From Cyanidioschyzon merolae (taxonomy: Eukaryota), in assembly GCA_000091205.1 (NCBI GenBank), contig AP006497.2: a stretch of 64,000 bases of DNA; one strand, written 5' to 3'. A program made the position numbers and the translations under genes. The notes below the pieces were generated by a model that saw only the letters and a program-made list of their open reading frames with translations, searched no databases and was not told the origin of the DNA. Shown piece by piece: positions 11,861-22,234 of this stretch (within the stretch, counting starts at the first letter, position 1; the number at the start of each line of letters is the position of its first letter).

Positions 11861-13447
11861 AAGCGGAAGTCGAGGAACCTTGAGGCATATTTGGCTATAC
11901 GATGGATGTCGACCAGCTTGCAGCACGCTGGTACCGCTTCCTGCACAGTTTACCCATGGCTTGCAGCTGAGAACGCTATGCTCGACGCGCTGGAAGCATA
12001 TCTGTGTGTTGTATCGATGGCGATACTCAAGTTCGGAGCGGGCATCGATCCAACGAGCTCGCTGTCCACGACTGCGTCTAGACGAACAAGTTGATCGTTC
12101 AGCATAGCTCGAACAGGGCAGCTGCAGTCCAGCGAGTGCAGCCTAATGACCAAGTTGTCGTCTCATTTTAAACGATACATGCGTACGCATCCAGACGCTG
12201 AACACGCGTCCCCAGAATTGGATACAGTTCCAGTAGTCCAAAAAATCCGGAAGCGAATAGCGACCAGCTATGCAGCTTACGTGGCCCGACAAACGAGCGC
12301 CCAGCCTGCACAAGGACACATGCACCAAGGTCCCCAGAAACAGTCCCCGGTACGAGTTCCTTTGGATAAGCACCGCTATCGCTGAACTCGGCCTGCAATA
12401 CCTTAAGCAACGGGTCAGCTGGTGTGCTGGAAACGCTTCCATCCTTCGATTCATCGATCGGTTCAGCAAAAAGAGCCGTGTCTAGCGACGAAACCGCTTT
12501 TCGCACAACCTGTTCCAATGGTTGAAGCATGTCGCAGGGATATCGCGCTCTAGAGAAGCGCGTCTCTGCTTCATCGCACAGGAACTTGGGAGTAGGGGGT
12601 TGATGCATACCTCACCGCGCACTGAAAAACACACACAAAAAAATAAGAAAAGAAAAATGCGCATAATCGGAGAACGCTGGCCTAAGTACACATTTTGTCC
12701 ATGAAAAAAATCGCACAGGAACGAGGTCACAGGTTCCCAAGCGACAGCCTACACACTAAAACACGTTACATGTATTGTTCCAGCTAGAAGCGCTCTCCCC
12801 GTGCCGTTCGCGAAAACAAATACCAGCGCTAGAAGCGTGCTCGTCACTATGGATAGTTTAAAGCCGGCGTGCTTTGAAGCGCGATACGGCACGTTCCAGA
12901 AAACTCCACGAGCACGGAGCCTTTTATGCAGTGCCGAACGAGAGCCTCGAGGTCTGCTCGCGCTGCTGGGTGCACCGGGAAGGGCCTCACGGGCTTTTCC
13001 AGTCCATAAAAAGCACAGCTCAGCGCTATTCACTCGGGAACTCGAACAACATACCATCGCTTGGCGTACTGTGGCTGTGCTTGCAGTTTCCCAGTCGGTA
13101 CGTTGAAAGCTGATGCGGCTTAAGAGCGTATATTTTGTTCCAGAGGATCTTTGCGTCTCATCAGAGACCTTTGAGAAGCGCAAGCCCCACTCCGAGTCCA
13201 TACCATGGCACCTATGTGCAGCGCCACCACCGCTGCTCCGCTGTCGACGCTCACCCGATGACCAGTCCCGGAACGATACCCAGCGGCGATGGCGTACGTT
13301 GCTTCGTTTCGAAAAGGGTTGGCGAGCCACGTGCGTCGCTTCTTCGTCGCAACACGAAGCCGACCAGTGTGTGTTTAGCATATAGCACTCGGTTTGGAGA
13401 AGCTTGAGGGTGTCTACGCGCCGACCACGCTGACCCAGCAGACGTCC

Positions 13448-16400
13448 ATGGCTTGCAGCGGGAAGCGCTCTGCACGAGACTGCATCGAGCGCTGTGAGAG
13501 CCTCAACTTTCCGAGCTGCTTCAGGCGATCTGGCTTCAGCTTCATTGGTCCCTGGACGGCACATGAGCGTCAGGATGCATCCATTTTCATACCGTGTTGC
13601 CCGATATCGTTTCAGAAACGGAAGTTTGTACGTTTTAGACGAGGTTCCGCGAGCGTCCGGCGTACGCAGCGCGGAGGCGACGTTCGAGCGAGTTCGAGTG
13701 ACCAGAACGGCTCCGTCGCCCGTGACGACGTAGACACGCCACTAGCCCGACGGGGGCATCACCCGGAGACGCAGCCTCCTGACACGACTCAATTCGCTCA
13801 AGCAGGTGCGAACGGCGGGTCAGAGACACCAGCGAAAACGGCGTTTCAACCAGCGCTGGCCCCGAGCCTTGCACACACGTTGGAGCGACGCCTGCCGCAA
13901 CTCCGCAGCACGTTTCTCAGCCTATTCGGATGTATTACAGTGCTATTTATTCGCTTTGCAACGGCCACTGTTTTCCTGGGCATCATGGTGTTGGCCTGGC
14001 TCGGATACTTTGCCGCGAATCAACGGCTGGGTGCGCTCGTTCACAGCGCAGCTTCAACGTCGCTAGGACGCTCCATTAAAGTCGGGAGACTGAAGCGGCT
14101 CGTATTGCCACTCGGTGTTGCCGCTGGAAAACTCGAGATGGCCCCGGATGCCTCCAAACCCTGTGGTTCACTCGGTGCGGTGCAAGTACGACTAGCCATC
14201 GAGCCGCGTCGCTGGATAACCCTTCGTACTGGACGAGTACGTTTCGATGTGCAGTTCCGGCGGGTTGCCCTGGAACTACACCAGCATCAGCCGGGCGAAT
14301 GGGACCTCGGATGGTCAGTCACGCCAGGCAAACGCACCGACGATGCCTCCAGCGACGTCAACACCGCCGATGCACTGCCCAGCGGGCAACGAGCCCGCAG
14401 TGTCCCAACACAGGAGTTACCAGCGAACGGTGCCGAGCAAGCGCTGCCTCCGGCGTTAGCGGAAGCGACGCTACCCGTGGCGCTTCGTGTGGTAGAGTTC
14501 AAACGCTCAAGCGTCGCATTGGACGTGCTAGGGACAGGTGACTCGGCCTTTGGCCGAGGAATTTATGTGTTCCGGGGGATTCACGGGCGCCTGGTGTTTG
14601 CCCAGGGCATGAACGCGCTCACGGGCAAGCTGTCGTTCGAAACTGAGCACCGGGGAGCGGGATCCTGCGAGCTCGCCCTCGACTTGCAGCGCAATATTCA
14701 TCGTATCAGCGTACAGACTAGAGCGCTGCCGGCGAAAACTGTGGTAGCGCTGCTGAACCTGCCCTTCGAAAGCGATACAGGTCGAGTGCACGGCCAGGTC
14801 GCGTTGGTGCTGCGACCCGATGCCAAGGCTCCCGAACTGACCGGAACCGGTAGATTGCAGCAGGTAGCACTGCGACTCGCCCCTGACGCGCCAAGTTTCA
14901 CGGGCATATCGGGTCGCCTCCGCTTCGATGAATCGATGGTGATCTTCGAGGGCCCAACCGGTTTCTTCGGGCAGCTACCCATAACCGTCGTCGGGTCCAT
15001 CGACTTGTCCAAAGACTACAATCTGATTGGTTTCGTGCGTCGGGTAGCGATCAGCGACGTGCTCAAGACGTTTCGAGTGGAGTCTCCGATTCCTGTCCAT
15101 GGGAGCGTCAAGGCAGAGGTTCGCATGCATGGCCCACTGGAGAGTCCGCTTCTCACTGGAGCTGCGATTTCAGTCGGAGCTCCCTGGAGAGCGGATCGAA
15201 TTCATCTGCGAAATGCCCGGGCAGACTTCCAGCTTGATACGCGTTCAATGGAACTGCAGATTGCCGCAATGGAAGCGACGCTTCAGGATGGCGGTCAACT
15301 TAGCGGCCATGGTGTACTGAAACTGGCTGCGAACGGTGCTGTGACCGCCTCGTCAATTCGGGATACCGAAGCAAACGAGTCATCGTCTCCGGTTGCAGTG
15401 AACGATTCCAGAGCAGAGCGAGATCCTGCAACACAGGAGCCGTCTGTTCAGCTGGCGCTGAACCTTCGCGGTGCCCACGCTGGCCCCTTGTTGGCGAGGT
15501 ATCTCCATGAACCCGGCAAGCAGGGCACCGTTATGGACCCTATTGGCCGCCTGTCTGCGGAGCTGACGGTTTCAGGTCCGTTGAGCGAGGCGGAACTCAA
15601 CTTGCGGTGGCGTCTGGTGGGCACTGCGCCACCAGAGGCATCGCAGACGGTTGCGTCTTGCGGGGCGGAAGCACCCACACCGAATGCGAAGCTCTATGGA
15701 GCGGCCTCCGGAACGCTCCGGATGCCCCTGGTTGCTCGACATACCAATGCGAATATCGATATCAATACAGGTACCGGTGCTCGTGCGTTAGCTCCAGTTC
15801 CAGCTCCTCCTCGTACTGCTGTAACTGGGAATACCAGTACGGATCCGGAGCCTCAGCGCCTTCGTTTCACCCTAGACGCCTATGGTATCGACCTGCGTCG
15901 TCTAGCATGGCGACCGGAATGGACGACTGCTCCCAAGGCACTGCTGGACACGCGTCTTTCCGCGGATGTAACGCTGCAACAACCGAAGCGCTCTACAGCC
16001 GACGCCGCACAACGCCAACAGGCTCCTTGCGTAGAAGCGTTTCTCGACGTGAGACGCTTGCAGCTGAACGAGTTCGGCTATACGCGTCGTCTTGCGGGAA
16101 AACTGCGCTTTCATCCAGACGAGGGTGTGCAGTTCCAGGCGCTTCCGCATGAGCACAGCTCAGCGCAACGCAGCGCTGCTTCGACTCTGCAGCCAGGAAG
16201 CGACGAACTCCAAAAGCTACCTGTTTTCCTCAGCGTTCAACTGGACCCGAGTTTCCGACGTGATCTGGCGGTGCATCTTCGTCGTGATCGTTTCCGTCTT
16301 GATGTTTCGTACCAGGAAAACAGCCGCTTCGAAGCATGTCTCGAAAATATGCCCATCGAAGAGTTGCTCGGCCCCGATTACGGGGCTGGTGGCCTCGTTG

Positions 16401-16924
16401 AAGCCACCTTGTCCGTTGACCTGCAACAGGAGCGTGGCACGGGCTCGTTTGCCCTCCGTGATGCGTATTTTCGTCAGTTTCGTTGCCGGGCGTTCGCCGG
16501 TGAGCTCTTCTGGCTCGATAAGACCGTGTTTCTGCAGAACAGCGTGATCCAGCAAGCGCGTTCCGAATACCACATTGAGGGCGTCTACTCGTCCAGCAAT
16601 GTTGCCGTGGGGTCAGCTGCGTCAACGCTGCCCAGTTGGCAGACCAAGATCGTGATTCCTCGCGGGGATATCGCGGAGCTCGCCTGTCTCGCCCAGGCGG
16701 TGAACGGGCAACTGGACCCAACGATCCTCTCGTATTGGGAAATTCCCCCGCATCTCTCTCTGGAGGAGCAGATTCTCTGGTTTGCAGACTATCTCTGTCA
16801 GAGCGCTGATGTGTCTCCCGACGATTTTCTCAATGACGATCGCACACTGCCGCGAAGGGCAGAGCCCGGGAGCAGCGCTTCCCCTGCTGGCGACGCAAGC
16901 GCCGGGTGCCGTCATCTCAGCTGA
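13448..16924 (+). CDS. TamB/TIC236-like (AsmA/DUF490 family) giant membrane protein, N-terminal part (frame 2)
   Basis: The track ORF starts at TTG 13394; the first ATG is at 13448. An N-terminal TM anchor (LFGCITVLFIRFATATVFLGIMVLAWLGYF) is followed by a TamB-like start (SLGRSIKVGRLKRLVLPLGVAAGKLEMAP) and long beta-rich repetitive segments. The reading frame ends at 16924 but the protein continues in another frame from ~16782-16950. Confidence 0.7.
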   Translation: MACSGKRSARDCIERCESLNFPSCFRRSGFSFIGPWTAHERQDASIFIPCCPISFQKRKFVRFRRGSASVRRTQRGGDVRASSSDQNGSVARDDVDTPLARRGHHPETQPPDTTQFAQAGANGGSETPAKTAFQPALAPSLAHTLERRLPQLRSTFLSLFGCITVLFIRFATATVFLGIMVLAWLGYFAANQRLGALVHSAASTSLGRSIKVGRLKRLVLPLGVAAGKLEMAPDASKPCGSLGAVQVRLAIEPRRWITLRTGRVRFDVQFRRVALELHQHQPGEWDLGWSVTPGKRTDDASSDVNTADALPSGQRARSVPTQELPANGAEQALPPALAEATLPVALRVVEFKRSSVALDVLGTGDSAFGRGIYVFRGIHGRLVFAQGMNALTGKLSFETEHRGAGSCELALDLQRNIHRISVQTRALPAKTVVALLNLPFESDTGRVHGQVALVLRPDAKAPELTGTGRLQQVALRLAPDAPSFTGISGRLRFDESMVIFEGPTGFFGQLPITVVGSIDLSKDYNLIGFVRRVAISDVLKTFRVESPIPVHGSVKAEVRMHGPLESPLLTGAAISVGAPWRADRIHLRNARADFQLDTRSMELQIAAMEATLQDGGQLSGHGVLKLAANGAVTASSIRDTEANESSSPVAVNDSRAERDPATQEPSVQLALNLRGAHAGPLLARYLHEPGKQGTVMDPIGRLSAELTVSGPLSEAELNLRWRLVGTAPPEASQTVASCGAEAPTPNAKLYGAASGTLRMPLVARHTNANIDINTGTGARALAPVPAPPRTAVTGNTSTDPEPQRLRFTLDAYGIDLRRLAWRPEWTTAPKALLDTRLSADVTLQQPKRSTADAAQRQQAPCVEAFLDVRRLQLNEFGYTRRLAGKLRFHPDEGVQFQALPHEHSSAQRSAASTLQPGSDELQKLPVFLSVQLDPSFRRDLAVHLRRDRFRLDVSYQENSRFEACLENMPIEELLGPDYGAGGLVEATLSVDLQQERGTGSFALRDAYFRQFRCRAFAGELFWLDKTVFLQNSVIQQARSEYHIEGVYSSSNVAVGSAASTLPSWQTKIVIPRGDIAELACLAQAVNGQLDPTILSYWEIPPHLSLEEQILWFADYLCQSADVSPDDFLNDDRTLPRRAEPGSSASPAGDASAGCRHLS

Positions 16925-19382
16925 CGGCAGGCGAGCACAGCGGAAACGACCTCTGAAGCCACCGAGTCTCGCTGACTTGCGCGGAAGCTATCGGGGCACC
17001 ATCTCCATGAGCAGCGGTGCAGAGCGACTGGCCTTTGACCTCAACGGCGAACAGTGGGCCATCGGGCCGCACGAACTCGGTACGATGTGTGCTCGCGGGG
17101 GCATCCATCGAGGAATCATTAACCTGGAACAGTTATCGTTTCAGGTGGCGTCTTCGTCGGGGGCTATGGTCCATCTCAGTGGCACTGCCGACCCAGCGGG
17201 AGCCTTACACGCGAACCTACATCTAGCCAAAGTTCCGCTGCACCTGCTCTCTGACTACGGACTGGCACCGGTTCGTCTCACCGGAGTGCTGCACTCGTCA
17301 GCAGAGTTAGCCGGCACGGTTCGGGATCCGACACTCCATGTGAAAGGTCTCTGGCAGGAAGCATCGCTGAATGGTCTTCGGTTGCGGGACCCGCAGGCCG
17401 AGCTGCGCTGTGACCTCGGACGCTGTCGTGTCCGCGCTACCGCAGCTGTTCCAGTTCAGCAGCGCAACTGGGGTCCGGTGCGCCCCAGTTGGCGCTTCTG
17501 GAAACGCCCTAGGCCCAGTGTCGCGCAACAACGCTGGCTGGACGGCAGCGAAACCTCTACAGCGAAACCGGGAGCATCCCGAGCGGCTTCTTCAGATGCT
17601 GCTGCTGCTGCTGCTGCAATGACGCTTCACGGGAGTATGCCTTTGAGCGGCGTTCGTCTTGAGGGGTCGCTTCCGATTCGACTCGCTCATGTGCTGGAGC
17701 GTCTCTTGGACCCGCGGATACCTCTGACAGAACGCTTTACCACGTTCTCGTTGCACGACCTGCTCGTAGCGACAGACGCGAGCGAGTCGATGCAGATTGA
17801 TGTGCAGGTGAAACGCAGTGGTGCTGCGCTTGTCGCAGCTTTTCTTCCTCAGGTGCCCGTTGCAGGCGGCAGCGCTGACCTGCGGATTCGTTTACGCGGA
17901 GCGCCGCTTCAGCCCCAGGTTACCGCTCGATGTAGTCTATCGGATGTGCGAATCGCCCCGCCGGACCTGGAAACACCCATTGAGAGCGTGTATGGCGAGG
18001 TCGAGCTTCGCGACTGGATGCTGCACGTCCACTCGATGACTGGCCTCGTCCAGGGTCGTGTGTGGTCGCTCAAAGGCGTTCTTCCTGTATGGACGCCAAT
18101 GACGAACTGGGACGCCAGTCCCAGCGACGCGGAGAACGTACGAGAACCCGAACCGCTTACGTTGCAGCTGGAGAACCTGCCAGTGCATCTGCGGGATCGC
18201 TATCACGGCAGGGCAACGGGTCAGGTCACCGTTCATGGCACAGCGCTGCAACCGGTACTGCGGGGCTCGCTGACCCTCCACGATGGCTCGATCATGTTAT
18301 TGCCGGGATCCTCGAATCGAAATACCCAGCGAATAACGAATGCAAACAGTAGTAGTAGTGGTAGCATTAGTAGTAGTAGTAGTGGTGGTGGTGGTGGTGG
18401 TGGTGGTGGCGGTGTTGGTAACAGCACTACTACTACTACCAGCAGCAGTAGCAACAGCAGCAGTACTAGTACGAGTAATGGTAACGGCAGTAGCAACAAT
18501 ACGACGCCGCTGCGCCCGGATAACGAACTCGACATGCGCACCTACGAGTCGGATGAGAGTTTTATGAATCCTTTTCTGGAGCTCGTCGAGCAAGGTTTCC
18601 CAGACATTGTCTTTGAAGAGTTTCGATTGCGTTTGGGGTCGCGAACGCGGGTCGTTTTCCCGCTGGTGCTCAGCCTGCATCTGCAAGGAGACGTCGACCT
18701 GAACGGACCGCTCAGTGACTTGCGACCGAGCGGCTCGTTTCGCATTCTCGACGGGTCCCTCAATTTGCTTACCAACCGCTTGTACCTCATTCGATCGGTT
18801 CCCAACTCGGTGAGTTTCAGTCCGGATGCTGAGCAGGGCGCGCCGCTGGACCCCCTGCTACACGTCTCGTTATCCGATCGTCGCAAGTATACAGTTCGTC
18901 TGCGAAACGTACGGGCAAGCAAATGGGAGAGCGCACTTGAGGTGCTGGACGCCCAGGGTGTTCCCCTGGAACGGAGTCAACTGGTAGCGATGCTCAATGA
19001 GCGTCTCGGGAACGTTTCTGCAAACCTGCAACTGCGAAATGGTGGCTCCTTGGCGCTTCGATCCCTGCTGAACACGTATACCGTCGGGGGCTCGCTTGGA
19101 CGTGGTGGTGGTACGCTCTGGCGCCTCAGTCCGAACGTGACGGCACGACCCGAGAGCACAGCGCTGCCCGGCACCGGCTTGCTGTCAGAGCAACTCGGAG
19201 TGTATGGTGAACTTGAGAGTGGTCGCTTTGTTTTGTCATTTTCGCGCGATATGCAAGGTTTGGGGATCACGTCGATCTCCTATCGACCGTGGGAGCGTTT
19301 CAAGATGGAGTACGAGAAGCGGGAGACCGGCGAGCAGCACCTGGAAGCGAAGATCTACCTCAGAGGCGCCAGTGATGATTAG
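16782..19382 (+). CDS. TamB/TIC236-like protein, C-terminal part with DUF490-like domain (frame 0); continuation of the 13448-16924 ORF
   Basis: This frame opens with TTG and has no credible ATG start. The C-terminal region matches TamB DUF490 (..DLNGPLSDLRPSGSFRILDGSLNLLTNRLYLIRSVPNSVSFSPDAEQGAPLDPLLHVSLSDRRKYTVRLRNV..EVLDAQGVPLERSQLVAMLNERLG..). The two ORFs together give about 2040 aa, the expected size for plastid TIC236/TamB. Confidence 0.7.
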   Translation: MQTISVRALMCLPTIFSMTIAHCREGQSPGAALPLLATQAPGAVISADGRRAQRKRPLKPPSLADLRGSYRGTISMSSGAERLAFDLNGEQWAIGPHELGTMCARGGIHRGIINLEQLSFQVASSSGAMVHLSGTADPAGALHANLHLAKVPLHLLSDYGLAPVRLTGVLHSSAELAGTVRDPTLHVKGLWQEASLNGLRLRDPQAELRCDLGRCRVRATAAVPVQQRNWGPVRPSWRFWKRPRPSVAQQRWLDGSETSTAKPGASRAASSDAAAAAAAMTLHGSMPLSGVRLEGSLPIRLAHVLERLLDPRIPLTERFTTFSLHDLLVATDASESMQIDVQVKRSGAALVAAFLPQVPVAGGSADLRIRLRGAPLQPQVTARCSLSDVRIAPPDLETPIESVYGEVELRDWMLHVHSMTGLVQGRVWSLKGVLPVWTPMTNWDASPSDAENVREPEPLTLQLENLPVHLRDRYHGRATGQVTVHGTALQPVLRGSLTLHDGSIMLLPGSSNRNTQRITNANSSSSGSISSSSSGGGGGGGGGGVGNSTTTTTSSSSNSSSTSTSNGNGSSNNTTPLRPDNELDMRTYESDESFMNPFLELVEQGFPDIVFEEFRLRLGSRTRVVFPLVLSLHLQGDVDLNGPLSDLRPSGSFRILDGSLNLLTNRLYLIRSVPNSVSFSPDAEQGAPLDPLLHVSLSDRRKYTVRLRNVRASKWESALEVLDAQGVPLERSQLVAMLNERLGNVSANLQLRNGGSLALRSLLNTYTVGGSLGRGGGTLWRLSPNVTARPESTALPGTGLLSEQLGVYGELESGRFVLSFSRDMQGLGITSISYRPWERFKMEYEKRETGEQHLEAKIYLRGASDD
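18340..18520. repeat. Compound trinucleotide repeat block ((AGT)n,(GGT)n,(ACT)n,(AGC)n) coding an in-frame Ser/Gly/Thr/Asn low-complexity tract
   Basis: agtagtagtagtggtagcattagtagtagtagtagtggtggtggtggtggtggtggtggcggt...actactactaccagcagcagtagcaacagcagcagt lies inside the TamB-like ORF and codes SSSGSISSSSSGGGGGGGGGGVGNSTTTTTSSSSNSSSTSTSNGNGSSNN. Confidence 0.9.
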
Positions 19383-20097
19383 AGGCACTGGCTGGGGCCG
19401 AGCACCGCCACCCGCGCCAGCACCGCACTGGTTTGGTTTCATTACGAGCGCACGAAGATTGTCGAGTGTTTCTTTCCAGTGCAGGCGGTCTCGGGACGTA
19501 AGCGCCAACCATATCAGAGTCGTGAGCAGTGCCTTGCTGGCAACTTTGGCTGGAAGACGAGCGGCAGAAATGCCGGCTTTTGCGGGCAAAGCAAGCAGTT
19601 CTGGTGTATTCAAAGACGGTGCCTGGAGCAGGTACATGCTCTAGTGATGGTCTAAACTCGTTTCAGATGAACATGGAACACTGAACGTTTCGCTCTGTTC
19701 CAGCCTGGAGCATTTGTTTCGGAATGTGTTGGTATGAATAGCATGGCATTCGAGCTGGAATCAGACTGGCTTGATTCTTCACATGTAGGTATAGGATTTT
19801 GCGGGGTCGTTCATTCGGGGTGACCCCTTCGATGCTTTGCCTATGGTACGCGTTACGTCACCAGAATCATGACAATTGGTGACACTTCCAAACAGAAATT
19901 CGTGAAATAAGCACTATGATCATTCATTGCATACGTATAGGTTCACGATTGAACCCGTTTCTTGATACGGACCATGATCAAAATATGCATGCTTCAAGCT
20001 TTCGACCTCTACGTTTCAAAGCTACTCGCAGGTGCAGCAACGCAGGCCGCCGAACTGCCGAGAAGCGGCAACTCGGCGTCGTTCCAGGACAGTTTTT

Positions 20098-20928
20098 TCA
20101 AAACCTCATGCCGAACGTTCCCTGACCTTGTCGCGTCGCATCAAGAAATTCGAAGGAAGGAACAGTCACGCCTGGTTCGTGGCCAGCGACGGAACCGCAT
20201 TCGACAACAGCAGCGTGATAGCACTCGCGTGTCACGCTCCCCAGAGCTTCCGTCGGTACAGATTGCATGGAAACGAGCCTTGGAAACGGACTTGAGTCAT
20301 CGCAGTGATCGCTTTCTCTGGGGAATCCGTCATCGTTTTGCAGGAAGCGTGCGTAGATGGATCGAAGTCTCTCTACTTGTTCTCGTAAGGCGATGCTGCT
20401 TCCGGTGCTTATTTCATCATGGACCACAGCATCGTACTCAACACATGCTTCGTTGAATAGAGCAGCATGCGCTGGTATCTGCTGCGGACATGGTACTCGA
20501 CGAATGAGCATCGCTCCAGAGAAGCAACCCCTGAACGTTGGGTATGGCGTCAGGCGCAGAGACGCAGCAGAGCGCATGGACGGGAGTCGTCGGTGCCCAA
20601 CGACGTCATGTACGGAGCGGTGAAGTAGGTGTTCGCAGGCCACACAGAGTCGTTCTTGGAGAAGCATCTCTGGCGGACACGTATCTCTAAGCACCTGAAC
20701 AAATCCAAGCGTCAACGCGACGACGGGCGCACCCAAGCTCTGAACCCAAAACATGAAAGCGCCAGTCGAAACGTAGATCACAACGAACGTCGACGCATTC
20801 AATACGTCGCCACCAGCCAGAAAAGTAAAAGCATACGAACTTGAATGTTGGTATGAACATCTTTCGCTACTGCAGAGAACGGAGCTGGATGAAAAAAGAG
20901 AGGCATCTGGAATGAACGCTCGCGACAA
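20098..20928 (-). CDS. Hypothetical ORF (weak)
   Basis: The track start is TTG and the first ATG lies about 60 codons in. No motif recognised. Listed only because this ~2 kb stretch has no other candidate. Confidence 0.2.
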   Translation of the reverse strand: MSRAFIPDASLFSSSSVLCSSERCSYQHSSSYAFTFLAGGDVLNASTFVVIYVSTGAFMFWVQSLGAPVVALTLGFVQVLRDTCPPEMLLQERLCVACEHLLHRSVHDVVGHRRLPSMRSAASLRLTPYPTFRGCFSGAMLIRRVPCPQQIPAHAALFNEACVEYDAVVHDEISTGSSIALREQVERLRSIYARFLQNDDGFPRESDHCDDSSPFPRLVSMQSVPTEALGSVTRECYHAAVVECGSVAGHEPGVTVPSFEFLDATRQGQGTFGMRF

Positions 20929-21148
20929 GAGAAGGGTACCAGAAGCAGTCGCAGACCCCAGCGCCCAAATCTGGTGTTGATGACAATGGAAGGAGACACA
21001 AAGCTTCGTATGGACGCCCGAGTCAGCATAGTGGGATCATTGTACTCTATGCTGACGCAGGTAGAGTTGGAATGACATGCTTTGACCTGCGTCCGTGTAC
21101 ACGTGGCTGCTTAGGTGCATCCGTACGTCGGTGCGACATGGTGTAACG

Positions 21149-21172
21149 CACACACACACACACACACACACC
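21149..21172. repeat. (CA)12 dinucleotide microsatellite
   Basis: cacacacacacacacacacacaca in intergenic DNA. Confidence 0.9.
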
Positions 21173-21499
21173 ACAAGGCGATAACGACCCAGTGCTTGGC
21201 GACTTGTCTTATGCGCCATGCATCTGACATGCCCTAATCTCTTCGAGTCTGCGTCGGTGCGTACACTGCCGCATGAGGAACAGTCGCATTCGCCTAGACA
21301 CTCGCAATGTCATCGTTGCGACACTTGCGCCGCGTTTCGGATCACGTCCTGATCAGAGAAGCGTTGGATGCAGTAACGAAAACGCTGGACTCAACAGCAC
21401 CTGTTAGCTGCTCATGTTCATAGCCAACTCGAATGCACCAGGTTCAGTAGCGTACGCTTCGATACCTGCATCGCAAGCCATGCACATACACACTTGTCT

Positions 21500-22234
21500 T
21501 CAGACAGAATGGTCATGCGCCCTATGAAGTGCCTCCCGTAGCCCAGCAATCACACGCCCAGCATCCGGCCCTGCACCGAATACAGCAGAGCCAGACACCA
21601 GAACATTGCATCCTGCCTGAGCAGCTGCGTCTGCGGTTGTCAGGCCGATGCCACCATCCGCTTGAATATCAAGGAGCGGATATCGTTCGCGAAGAAACCG
21701 CACCTTGGGTAGACATTCAGGCATGAAGCTTTGCCCACCGTGTCCAGGCTCAACGGTCATAATCAGAACCATATCAACTGCGGCTGCGTCTACCAGCGGA
21801 AGCACAGCCTCAACTGGGGTACTCGGGCGAAGGGCCACGGCTGGTCGCGCCCGTAACGCTCGAACACGCTCGCAGAGTGCCAGCGCCATGCGCAGACCGT
21901 CTTCTCCAAACACCTCGTAGTGGAAGGTGCAGCCCAGGTTTGGAGCTGGGCCCTGGTTATCGCCGTTGACGCGGGCGAACTGCTCGATCCAGAACACCGG
22001 CGCGGTGGTCATAAAGTGGCAGTCCAGAAACACTTGTTGGCCGACGGCTCGTCGGAGACCCTGGAAGACAACAGGCCCGAGTGTCAAGTTGTCGACAAAG
22101 TGCCCGTCCATGACGTCCACGTGCAACCAGTCGGCCCCGGCGTCGAGCACGCGTTTCGCCTCAGCTCCGAGGTTGCCAAAGTCACAAGAGAGCAACGACG
22201 GTGCAACGATGGTCGCTAGAGGTTTAGACTGCAT
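21500..22234 (-). CDS. RPE: Ribulose-phosphate 3-epimerase (cytosolic type)
   Basis: The conserved RPE N-terminus begins at ATG 22234 (MQSKPLATIVAPSLLSCDFGNLGAEAKRVLDAGADWLHVDVMDGHFVDNLTLGP). Also present are ..DCHFMTT.. and ..IMTVEPGHGGQSF..DIQADGGIG..VLVSGSAVF. The track start at 22315 is a GTG, not a real start. Confidence 0.9.
   Translation of the reverse strand: MQSKPLATIVAPSLLSCDFGNLGAEAKRVLDAGADWLHVDVMDGHFVDNLTLGPVVFQGLRRAVGQQVFLDCHFMTTAPVFWIEQFARVNGDNQGPAPNLGCTFHYEVFGEDGLRMALALCERVRALRARPAVALRPSTPVEAVLPLVDAAAVDMVLIMTVEPGHGGQSFMPECLPKVRFLRERYPLLDIQADGGIGLTTADAAAQAGCNVLVSGSAVFGAGPDAGRVIAGLREALHRAHDHSV

Noticed and set aside
12749-13564. 271-aa minus-strand ORF upstream of, and overlapping, the TamB-like start
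   Set aside because: Arg/Ser/Ala-rich low-complexity translation with no motif. Probably an open frame in GC-rich DNA; no evidence it is a gene.
19962-20456. 164-aa plus-strand ORF in the 19.4-21.5 kb gap
   Set aside because: Arg-rich with no motif, and overlaps the equally weak minus-strand ORF. Neither is convincing. The interval may hold a gene, but I cannot support one.
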